From Thecamonas trahens ATCC 50062 (taxonomy: Eukaryota; Protista; Apusomonadida): a DNA stretch of 63,797 nt. The notes under the pieces are model-generated. The model worked only from the letters and a program-made list of their open reading frames with translations, was not told where the DNA came from and made no database searches. The first letter of the stretch is position 1; every line of letters begins with the position of its first letter. A program made the translations under genes and the position numbers. Positions 42,241 to 50,836 of the stretch are shown here, piece by piece. The stretch is from NCBI RefSeq assembly GCF_000142905.1, contig NW_013657627.1, positions 66,543 through 130,339 of the forward strand. The letters run 5' to 3'.

Positions 42241-44121
42241 ATGAGCACGGAACAGAGCGGCAGACGAAAACGGCTCCAGGCAACGACAACGCGACTCGCT
42301 GCCGCAGCAAAAGAGGCCAGAGAGCGGAGAGCGGAGAAAGAGCCCAGCTGGTGTGAGAGCAGACGAGAGAGGAAGCTGTTTGTGGAGAAGAAGAAGGAGA
42401 AGGAGAAGGAGTCAAAGCGTGGTCAAGTGAAAGAAGCAGAGGAGGCAAGTATGTCCTCGTCCTCCTCGTCCTCGTCGTCCTCGTCATCCCCGGCATCTTC
42501 TGTGTCTGTCTTGTCATCTGCGGCTGGCTCAGCTGTTGCGGAGAATTCTCTGTCATCATCGTCGTCATCAGCACCATCATCGGCATCATCGAGTTCGGCT
42601 TCGAGCTCGGCCTCGGCTTCCGCTTCGCTGTCGTCGGGTGCTGCATCGGTTGCGCCGGCCTTCTACGCCCTGCCGTCTGCAGAGGTCATGGTCCATGCAG
42701 TGGCGGGAAAAAGCCAGTTTGCGGCGGTGGCAAAGGAGCTGACGAACAAGACACTCGAGACGGAGCATGAGAAGGAGGCCTATGTCTCACGAGTTGCCTT
42801 TGTTGCTGCTGTGGCTCGGCATCATGTCCCGGCGGCGTATGCTGGGTTTTGGTTTGATCTACTTGCTGATGCCAACGATCGCGTTCATCTCCGCGATGCC
42901 GCCGTCTACGCAGCCATGGTTGGCCTCAAGCCGGCCAAGGCGCTTGCGCTCATTATTCCGCTCTTTGCGCCACGTGGGGAGGACCGGCTCGATGCTGAGG
43001 ACGTTGCGCGCATGCTTGTGGTCCTGGCCGAGACTCGGCTGCGGGCCCGGTTCGCGCCGCCGGGCATTGCCCCAACCTCGCTGCCAGCCGACGGCCTGCC
43101 GGGCTTCTTCCTCCGGCGTGAGGTAGTGGAGAACGAGATTGTGCCCGAGTCGGAGGCGCTGCTGAAGGCGATGGGCGTCGATCCGACCTCGAGCGTGTCG
43201 GCCAAGCGGCTTGCGCGCAAAGGCGTTGTGACACCGACGCTCGACGCATACACCCGGTTCTTCTCGGCGCTCCAGACCCAGCTGCCGAAGCGGGTCTCGC
43301 ATGGCCACGGCGGCTTGCTCCGTGGGCCGGGCCTCGACTCGATGTCGGTGGTCAACGCCGATGACATGGGCAAGGCTGACTCGTACGTCGTCCGCCGGCT
43401 TGCCGACGAGGATGCGCCCGACGGAGTCAAGGGCTCGTTTGTGGCCGTCCCGCTCTCGGCCTCGAGCCGGTACAAGCAGTCGTGGGCGAGCAGCGCCAGA
43501 GGAGGCGCCGGCGCCGGCAGCAGCGCTGCTGGCCAAAGCCTCGGCTACGGCCAAGCGCCTTTGCGTCCGCCGCGCCGCAGTCATATTGAGCATGGCCGCA
43601 GTGGCGGTGGCGGCCACAGCCATCACCTTGGCAGCAGCCGTTCGGTCCGCTCCAGTGGCGGCCACTCGGTCCGCTCTAGCGGCGGCCACTCGGTCCGTTC
43701 AAGCTCCCGCTCGACCCGTTCTCACCGCTCCCACAGCTCCCACCGCTCGCATCACTCGCACCGCTCCCACCGCTCCCACCGATCGCACCGCTCCCACCGA
43801 TCGCACCGCTCCCACCGCTCCAGCGGCGGCCACTCGAGCACTCGCTCGGTCCCACGCTCGACGCGCTCATCGCGGTCAGAACGAACCCACTCGTCGCACT
43901 CGTATCGCGTGCCCGGTCCAAGCCACCACGGCCGCAGCCACGGCCATAGCCACAATCACGGTCACAACCACGGTCACGGCCATAATCGGGTGCGGATCCG
44001 CGCCTCCAACTCGTCGTCCGAGTCCAGCACGTCATCTAACCCTGGCTCGGCGAGCAGCTCGCACACAGGCGATCACGCAGGCGATCACGACGTGTCCTCG
44101 CTTGTCATCGTCCTCGTGTGA
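42241..44121 (+). CDS. Hypothetical protein: Ser-rich N-terminus, possible degenerate EF-hand core, Ser/His/Arg-repeat tail
   Basis: Long ORF. FDLLADANDRVHLRD and LFAPRGEDRLDAEDVARML resemble calcineurin-B/recoverin-like EF hands. (SHR)n repeats. Start could be 42451. Confidence 0.65.
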   Translation: MSTEQSGRRKRLQATTTRLAAAAKEARERRAEKEPSWCESRRERKLFVEKKKEKEKESKRGQVKEAEEASMSSSSSSSSSSSSPASSVSVLSSAAGSAVAENSLSSSSSSAPSSASSSSASSSASASASLSSGAASVAPAFYALPSAEVMVHAVAGKSQFAAVAKELTNKTLETEHEKEAYVSRVAFVAAVARHHVPAAYAGFWFDLLADANDRVHLRDAAVYAAMVGLKPAKALALIIPLFAPRGEDRLDAEDVARMLVVLAETRLRARFAPPGIAPTSLPADGLPGFFLRREVVENEIVPESEALLKAMGVDPTSSVSAKRLARKGVVTPTLDAYTRFFSALQTQLPKRVSHGHGGLLRGPGLDSMSVVNADDMGKADSYVVRRLADEDAPDGVKGSFVAVPLSASSRYKQSWASSARGGAGAGSSAAGQSLGYGQAPLRPPRRSHIEHGRSGGGGHSHHLGSSRSVRSSGGHSVRSSGGHSVRSSSRSTRSHRSHSSHRSHHSHRSHRSHRSHRSHRSHRSHRSSGGHSSTRSVPRSTRSSRSERTHSSHSYRVPGPSHHGRSHGHSHNHGHNHGHGHNRVRIRASNSSSESSTSSNPGSASSSHTGDHAGDHDVSSLVIVLV

Positions 44122-44440
44122 CCCCCTCTACCACCAATCCCTCATCCCCCGCAGAAGACAACATTAAACGGTAGCCAATCAGCCGTCTTCTGCCCATTCC
44201 TGCCCGCACGCCCGTCAGCCTCGTCCAGCCCAGCCCAGCCCAGCAAACCCAGCAAAATGCAGGGCCAGCGAAGCGCAGCGCCAGCGCAGCGCAGGGGAGC
44301 GACAACCAACCGACTGACCGGCCGACTCACCAGTCGACCAACGGCCACCACTCGACGCCCCCACGACCAACACAACACGACCACCACCACCACCACCACC
44401 ACCACCACCACCACCACCATACATATACATAGGTCCGAGT

Positions 44441-45430
44441 ATGAGCACGCAACTGCATGTGTCTGGCAATGTGGCGGACTGGCGGTTCCACAAGCTTCGT
44501 ATGCTCGGCCAGCAAATCGCAGCCAAGCAAGAGAACGATGTGGTGCTGACGGTGACGAGTCTGCTCCCTGTTGATTACGCTGCGTACTTGGTCAATGTCA
44601 AGCGGGAGCTAGGTGGTGCTGCCTACGTCCATCCTCATGGTCAACCCATTGCGGTCCTCAACTCGATCAACTATCTCGGTGATCTGCCGGCTTTTGAGCT
44701 CTGGGCAAAGTCAGAGTATGCCGTCAGGGATCCGAGACCGTATGCTCTGCATGCTGCCCTTGCCAGAGCTGCCTACCGCAAGCATCTGGAAGCTTCTGGT
44801 CACTCTCATGTCTATCTCGATCTCCAGCTCGACGGCCCACCGTCAAAGGCCTGGATCGCCGCCCAAGCTGATGGCGGCCCGAGCTCGGCTACCGATGACG
44901 AGGCAGAGGACGAGGCTGAGGCCGCAAGCGGCGACGGCGAGATTGTCCGCCTTGTCTTTGAGCTGTACGACGATGTGGCGCCAAAGTCGGCTGCGAACTT
45001 TCGCTCGCTCTGCGCCTCGGACGTCGATGGCCTCTCGTACATCGGCTCGGTCATCCATCGGGTAGTGCCCGGCGGTTGGATCCAGGGCGGCGACATCTCG
45101 CCGGGCTCGCCCGGCTCGGGCGGGGCTTCGGTCTTTGGTGAGCCTTTTGAAGACGAGAACTTTGCCCTCAAGCACGACAAGGTGGGCATGCTCGGCTACG
45201 CCAACGACGGCCCGCACACCAACGCCTCGCAGTTCTACATCACCCTCCAGCCCATGCCGGCGTTTGACGAGCAGTACGTCGCTTTTGGCCGTCTCGTCGA
45301 CGGCATCGAAGCCGTCGAGGCCATCGTCAACCTCGCCGCCATCAACCAGCGTCCCGTCCGCGCCGTCACCGTCGTCGCTGGCGGTGAGTTCCGTGTCGGC
45401 GCCAAGCCGAGCAAGAGCCGCAAGAAATAG
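44441..45430 (+). CDS. PPIL6: PPIL6-like cyclophilin (ciliary radial-spoke type)
   Basis: N-terminal extension, then RLVFELYDDVAPKSAANFRSLC, IHRVVPGGWIQGGD, FEDENF..KHDKVGMLGYANDGPHTNASQFYITLQP, YVAFGRLVDG. Confidence 0.85.
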   Translation: MSTQLHVSGNVADWRFHKLRMLGQQIAAKQENDVVLTVTSLLPVDYAAYLVNVKRELGGAAYVHPHGQPIAVLNSINYLGDLPAFELWAKSEYAVRDPRPYALHAALARAAYRKHLEASGHSHVYLDLQLDGPPSKAWIAAQADGGPSSATDDEAEDEAEAASGDGEIVRLVFELYDDVAPKSAANFRSLCASDVDGLSYIGSVIHRVVPGGWIQGGDISPGSPGSGGASVFGEPFEDENFALKHDKVGMLGYANDGPHTNASQFYITLQPMPAFDEQYVAFGRLVDGIEAVEAIVNLAAINQRPVRAVTVVAGGEFRVGAKPSKSRKK

Positions 45431-45816
45431 CCTCCCAAGCCGATCCGAAACTAGTCCCGCTCTCAGCACCCAGCTCTCCACCACCAGCAATACACGCCTT
45501 TGTTCTCCCATCGTAGCATTTCTCCACCAAACGCAAGCGAGAAGCCGCCTGTTTACATCCCGGTTTGGGCAAAGTAACGTGGGCTTTAAATGCAAAATGA
45601 AGAGCGTCCGTAAACAACAACAAATGGCTAGGTGGTGGCAATGGCATCACGGCTCTTTCGTAAGGAGCAATTCTGAGTTCGATTCTCAGCCTGGCCTGTT
45701 AATTTTTTTGTTCGCGCTGCCACCCTCACCACACCCGTCCACTACATCTCTCGCGCCCGCTCGACTTTGACCTGTTCGCTACCTCTACACACACCACCCC
45801 TGAGGTCGCCGTCAAT

Positions 45817-46522
45817 ATGGGCCGTAGCGTTGTGAGTCTGCTACTTGTTGGTGGGCTTTCCTCTCGCTCTATGCGGTTTATGTGGAGCAAGCCTTTGCTG
45901 CTGCAGGCGACGGCAAGTACACGGCACTCTGCGACTTCTCGCCGACCATGTCGTGCTCCACCGTACGTTCTGTAGCTCTGTTGAAGGCCGACCTTTGTGA
46001 TCAAGGGCCACGTCAGCGGCAAGATTGAAGGCTAGGTCGGGGCCCGAGGGCAAGCGCGAGGGCGAGATCGGTAGTAAAGACGAGATCGAAGACGAGATCG
46101 AGGGCGAGATCGAGGACACGCGCAAGCGCATGTGCCAGGCGCGGGAGCAACACTCATTCTCCTCCTGCTCGCAACACCACTACTAGGTCTTCTCATCCAA
46201 CTACGGTCGCATCGTCGGCTTCACCCTCGGCTTTGATCGCAGCGAGCCGTCGCTGCTCAACTACCCAAATGCAGTGTACGGCGTCGGTTTTTACGCTGCT
46301 GCGCTGGGCATGTGGTGCATCGGTGCGTCGCGGCTGGTGCTCGCCGCCCTCATCGCCGCCGTCGCAGGCTCGACGTATCTCGCGTACATCCTCATTTTCG
46401 TCATGCACAACTTCTGCCTGGTGTGCTTTGGCATCCACGGCGTGAACGTCGCCGCGCTGTACTGCGCCGCGATGATGTGCAGCGGCTCCCGCGCTGCGGG
46501 GCGCCGGCCGCACGCCGACTGA
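45817..46522 (+). CDS. VKORC1: Vitamin K epoxide reductase (VKORC1/VKORC1L1-like); intron 45963-46186 and 1-nt frameshift near 45858
   Basis: LSLYAVYVE...YTALCDFSPTMSCST|VFSSNYGR...LNYPNAVYG...STYLAYIL..VMHNFCLVC: both loop cysteines, the conserved Ser and the CXXC motif are present. Confidence 0.88.
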
Positions 46523-46531
46523 CGGCGGCGG

Positions 46532-49351
46532 CTATGCCCAGGCAGCCTTGCGGAAGCCGCGCCAGGCGTCGGGTGCGCGAAAGTCGTACTTTTCGATAAA
46601 GCGCATGAGGAAGCGGATGGGACCCGAGAGGGTCGACGGCGGCGCCGAGTCTGGGAGCTCCTGGCGGGCCTGCTGGAGCAGCGACCGGGCAGTCTCCCAT
46701 CGCCCGCCGAGGTACTCGTCGACGGCGGCGGTAAAGACCTCGGTCCCAACATCGCGCTCTTCGGCTCGCCGCAAGCCGTAGACCTGAACCGGCTGCTTGA
46801 TACCGCCAAAGAGGACACGATCAATCTTAACGCCGCGGTCGGCGAGGAGCTCCTCGGCGAGAAGCTCGGCAAAGTTGTGTGAGAAGACAATGGGTAGCTT
46901 CATCGGGCGGCCGACTGAGACCAGCGCCGATGCCAGCTCGACGTGCGGCGAGATGTACGACGCATCAACCTTGCTCCGCGAGCCGAGCGCGCCGACGATG
47001 GCCCATCCGACGTGGACGCCAAATGCAAGCTTGACCTTGTACCGCGCCACGCGCTCGAGGAGGACCCGGAGCGTCTCCGACTCGGCCACGGCGTCAAGCA
47101 CAGACTCGAGTGCGGCAATGACCGAGCCGGCCACAGCCTGAAGGTCACCGAGGTAGGCTTCGGGCGTCGTCTCCTCCTCGGACGGTAGCCGCCACACGAG
47201 GCCAAACGACGAGCCCGAGTTCCGTGACGGGAAGCCGCCGTGCGCCGCTGCCGCAGAGTGAAGCATGTCGCAGATGAGATTGACAAACAGGATGGCGTCC
47301 TCCTGCAGCACCTCGGTCACGTCGCCAAACTTGGGCACTTCGCAGTGGACAAAGATGGCCTCGACCTTGCGTCCGGGAACCATCGGGTCGATCTCGCCGT
47401 TCTCCTTCAGGTTGTACGAGATGATCTTGGCGCCCGACTCGCCAAACCCGATCTGCAGCAGCGAGCCGATCTTGGAGAGCATGCCCTCCAGCAACGACGT
47501 CTCGAGTTCGTCCTTCTTCTTCACATTGAGCGTCGTCAGGGGGTTCTGCGCCAGCCGCTTGGTGATGGCCGTCATCCGCTCGATTGGCCCGATGACCAGC
47601 GATTGTGCATCCTTAGACAGCATCCAGTTGCCTACCGAGAGAACGAGGATGATGAAAAATGTCATCGACATGTTGAGCAAAGCATCGAGTTGCGAGTCGC
47701 CCTTGTCGTCAAACCACGCCAGCGAGTACCCCGAGTCCGACCGGACCTTGGTCAGCTCAAAGTTGCGCAACTCGTCGACTCGCGTCACGTAGTGTAGCAC
47801 CGGCGTGCCGGCCACCTCCAGTCGCACGAGGTCGCTGTGCATCGAGACGTACAACGCCAGCACGGCCTGGTATGCCCCGCCAGACGTCGCGTTGCGCAGC
47901 GCAAGCGCTTCGAGCTGCGTCAGCGACACAATGCCCTGCAGCGTGTTGGTCGGCGAGAGATTGAGGAGCGAGAAGACCAGGAGCATGACAAGGACAAGAA
48001 CAATGACCTTCTTGGTCGTCAGGTCGTTGAGCAGCTGCCCGACACGCGACGGCTCCATCAGCTCCTCCTCCACAAAGTTGACCTCGTCCGACTCTGTACT
48101 CGACTCGTCGCCACCGTCCGACCCGTCCGACCCCCGCCTGGAGCCCTCAAAGACAGAGAGCGCCTCGTCGTCGAGCTCGGCGCCCCACTCGGAGGCGCCA
48201 CCAAACAGCGATGCCGTCCGCTGGATGCCCGGTGACTCGGAGCCAAACATGCCGTCTTCCAGCGAGCGCAGGCCGTCGTCGCCGCCACCATCACCATCGC
48301 CGTCGCTGCCGAGCTCGGACGAGTCGCGCGACGACGCCCGCCCGCTCCCACTCCCACTTCCGCTGCCACTCCCGCTCCCGCTTCCGGAGCCCTCGTCCGA
48401 GCTACCCGAGCCAAAGCGGCCAAGCCTGATCGACGGCCCGCCTGAGAGCCGCGACGCCGCTGCCGCCGCCACCGCCTGCCGCCGGTGCTCTTCCTCCTCG
48501 AGCTCCTTCATCAGCAGTCGGTCTTCCTCGTCCATGGCTGCGTCGAGCTTGGCCCGACGACGGCGGATGGCCTGCAGCAGCTTGACGACGCGCACAAACC
48601 GGGCGGCCCGCGCTGCCGCTCGCGCCGCACGCCCCGCTCGCGCCACCGCCAGCGATGATGCGCCTGTCTGTGACTCGGACGAGGTCAGCTCGATGCCGGC
48701 CAGCAGCAGCACGTCTGGAACCAGCGAGAGGGCGGCAAGGAGGTCGAGAAGAAAGTAGAACCAAAAGTACTCGTCAGCATGAGCAAACGAGTTGCCGACG
48801 AGCTCAAAGACAAACAAGCCAAAGACGACCGTGGTGACGATAAGAAAGGCCACATCGACAGACTTTGGCAGGAGGAGACGAGCAAAGTCGTCGGCAAAGA
48901 GGGCCCAGACGGTAGCAGCGATCATGAGGGTGGAGAAGAGCGGATGATCCAAGATAAAGATGAGCAGTTCCAAAGCCGAGTCCGAAGCCGTCGGCGGGGT
49001 GAACTGCATCGAGTCGTGCCTCATCAGCGGATACGTCTTCAGCATCAGCTCCCTCTCCTCCAGATCTTCTCCATCCCCACCACTGCCACCACCATCCGAT
49101 CCATGACCTGCACCGCCACTGCCACCACTGCCAACACCATCGCCACTCCTTGACCCGTCTTCCGACCCCGACTGCGAGCCATTGCCACCACCACCACCAC
49201 CTCGACCACCACCACCACCACCTCGACCACCACCACTAGCACCACCACCACCACCACCACCACCATCACCACCTGGGTTGCTTTCAGGAAAGGGCAGCTC
49301 CCCAGGACCAAGGGGGGCGGGAATGGGCTCCATGTGCACAGGGGAGTCCAT
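46532..49351 (-). CDS. Voltage-sensor/ion-channel-like membrane domain fused to a degenerate class III nucleotide cyclase domain and TPR-like tail
   Basis: S1-S4 with S4 RAGRAARAAARAARFVRVVK; TTKKVIVLVLVML; LVIGPIERM; IGFGESGAKII; PMVPGRKVEAIF; FGVHVGWAIVGALGS..KVDASYISPHV; YLGGRWETA. Confidence 0.85.
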   Translation of the reverse strand: MDSPVHMEPIPAPLGPGELPFPESNPGGDGGGGGGGGASGGGRGGGGGGRGGGGGGNGSQSGSEDGSRSGDGVGSGGSGGAGHGSDGGGSGGDGEDLEERELMLKTYPLMRHDSMQFTPPTASDSALELLIFILDHPLFSTLMIAATVWALFADDFARLLLPKSVDVAFLIVTTVVFGLFVFELVGNSFAHADEYFWFYFLLDLLAALSLVPDVLLLAGIELTSSESQTGASSLAVARAGRAARAAARAARFVRVVKLLQAIRRRRAKLDAAMDEEDRLLMKELEEEEHRRQAVAAAAASRLSGGPSIRLGRFGSGSSDEGSGSGSGSGSGSGSGSGRASSRDSSELGSDGDGDGGGDDGLRSLEDGMFGSESPGIQRTASLFGGASEWGAELDDEALSVFEGSRRGSDGSDGGDESSTESDEVNFVEEELMEPSRVGQLLNDLTTKKVIVLVLVMLLVFSLLNLSPTNTLQGIVSLTQLEALALRNATSGGAYQAVLALYVSMHSDLVRLEVAGTPVLHYVTRVDELRNFELTKVRSDSGYSLAWFDDKGDSQLDALLNMSMTFFIILVLSVGNWMLSKDAQSLVIGPIERMTAITKRLAQNPLTTLNVKKKDELETSLLEGMLSKIGSLLQIGFGESGAKIISYNLKENGEIDPMVPGRKVEAIFVHCEVPKFGDVTEVLQEDAILFVNLICDMLHSAAAAHGGFPSRNSGSSFGLVWRLPSEEETTPEAYLGDLQAVAGSVIAALESVLDAVAESETLRVLLERVARYKVKLAFGVHVGWAIVGALGSRSKVDASYISPHVELASALVSVGRPMKLPIVFSHNFAELLAEELLADRGVKIDRVLFGGIKQPVQVYGLRRAEERDVGTEVFTAAVDEYLGGRWETARSLLQQARQELPDSAPPSTLSGPIRFLMRFIEKYDFRAPDAWRGFRKAAWA

Positions 49352-49444
49352 GTCGGCAGGTGGAGTGGTGTGGAAGGGGGGTGAAAGGGGAGGTGGGGGG
49401 TGGGGGGGCGGTGGGGGGGGCGGTGGCGGTTGGCCACTGGCCGG

Positions 49445-49790
49445 TCGGCTCGTCGGCTCGTCGGCTCGTCGGCTCGTCGGCTCGTCGGCTCATCGGCTCG
49501 TCGGCTCGTCGGCTCGTCGGCTCGTCGGCTCGTCGGCTCGTCGGCTCGTCGCCACCCCAACTCGTCCTCTCATCGCCACCACAACTCGTCCTCTCATCGC
49601 CACCACAACTCGTCCTCTCATCGCCACCCCAACTCGTCCTCTCATCGCCACCCCAACTCGTCCTCTCATCGCCACCCCAACTCGTCCTCTCATCGCCACC
49701 ACAACTCGTCCTCTCATCGCCACCCCAACTCGTCCTCTCATCGCCACCACAACTCGTCCTCTCATCGCCACCCCAACTCGTCCTCTTTTC
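49445..49790. repeat. Compound tandem repeat: 8-bp CGGCTCGT about 13 times, then 24-bp GCCACC(C/A)CAACTCGTCCTCTCATC 10 times
   Basis: Directly visible, between the divergent cyclase-like and nitrilase genes. Confidence 0.95.
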
Positions 49791-49898
49791 GGCTCATCGG
49801 CTTACAGGCAGCTGGCGAGGCAGGCCGAGGTCGAAACGGAGGGGGGGGGGGGGGGGGGGGGGGCACCTCTTCACTTCCTCCTCATCCTCCCCTCAGAC

Positions 49899-50828
49899 AT
49901 GTCTGCCGAAGCGATCAAGACTCCCGATAGTGACATTGGTGTGGCTCTCTGGGCCGCCAATCTCGGTCGCCCGCTGTCATCGCTCGATGAATGGCTGTCG
50001 TTGGTGGGGGAGCAGGCAGCTGCGGCGGCGGCGGCCAGTGCGGCTCTCCTTGTCCTCCCCGAATACGTGTGTGAGCATTGGCTGGCGTATGCGCCTGCTC
50101 TGGCCGCGACGGAAGAGCTCGCATGGCTGGCCGAACAAGGTCGACGTGCTCTGCCGCGGCTCCGCCCATTGGCCACAAAGCATGACCTGGTCATCGTCGC
50201 CGGCTCGTGGCCCGTCGCCACTGAACACGATGGCGATGATGGCTCTTGGCGCAATCGTGCCCACATCATCCTGCCTGATGGGCGCCTCGAGACGCAGGAC
50301 AAGCTCTGCCTCACCCCAAGCGAGAAGGATCCTGATGAATGGCTGCTCTGTCCTGGTCATGACCTCCGCGTCGTCGTCTGGCGCGAGCTCCGCTTTGTCG
50401 TCCTCATCTGCCTCGATGTCGAGCTGCCGGCTCTGTCTGCAAAGCTCGCCCGTGCCGACTTGGATCTCGACTTGCTCGTGGTTCCGTCGATGACCTGCAA
50501 GCGTTCTGGCCACGCTCGCGTCTTTGGCTGTGCCAAGGCCCGTGCTATCGAGCTGCAGGCCGCCGTCGCTGTTGTCGGAGCCGTCGGATCTGTCGCTCCG
50601 GACAACGCCCGTCCCAACTACTCGGGTGCAGCCGTCTATCTCCCGTGTGAGGAGCCGCTTGGCTTTACTGGCATCCTTGCCGAGACACCTGCTGCGGGCT
50701 CTGCCGATGGCGACGGCCCGCTCCTCATCGCTGCACACGTCCCTATCTCACGCATCCGCTCGCTCCGCGCTGCAGGCGCAGAAGTCTGGCCCGGCGCATG
50801 GACCGCCGACGCTGTGGCCATCACCTAA
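49899..50828 (+). CDS. Nitrilase-superfamily carbon-nitrogen hydrolase (bacterial-like)
   Basis: Glu-Lys-Cys triad in LLVLPEY, QDKLCLTP, VLICLDVELP; LLVVPS, AKARAIE. Confidence 0.9.
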   Translation: MSAEAIKTPDSDIGVALWAANLGRPLSSLDEWLSLVGEQAAAAAAASAALLVLPEYVCEHWLAYAPALAATEELAWLAEQGRRALPRLRPLATKHDLVIVAGSWPVATEHDGDDGSWRNRAHIILPDGRLETQDKLCLTPSEKDPDEWLLCPGHDLRVVVWRELRFVVLICLDVELPALSAKLARADLDLDLLVVPSMTCKRSGHARVFGCAKARAIELQAAVAVVGAVGSVAPDNARPNYSGAAVYLPCEEPLGFTGILAETPAAGSADGDGPLLIAAHVPISRIRSLRAAGAEVWPGAWTADAVAIT

Positions 50829-50836
50829 ATGGTCTC

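Noticed and set aside
49182-49898. Repeat-encoded N-terminal extension of the nitrilase
   Set aside because: The ORF starts at a non-ATG codon inside the opposite-strand gene and reads through stop-free satellite; ATG 49899 fits the family length
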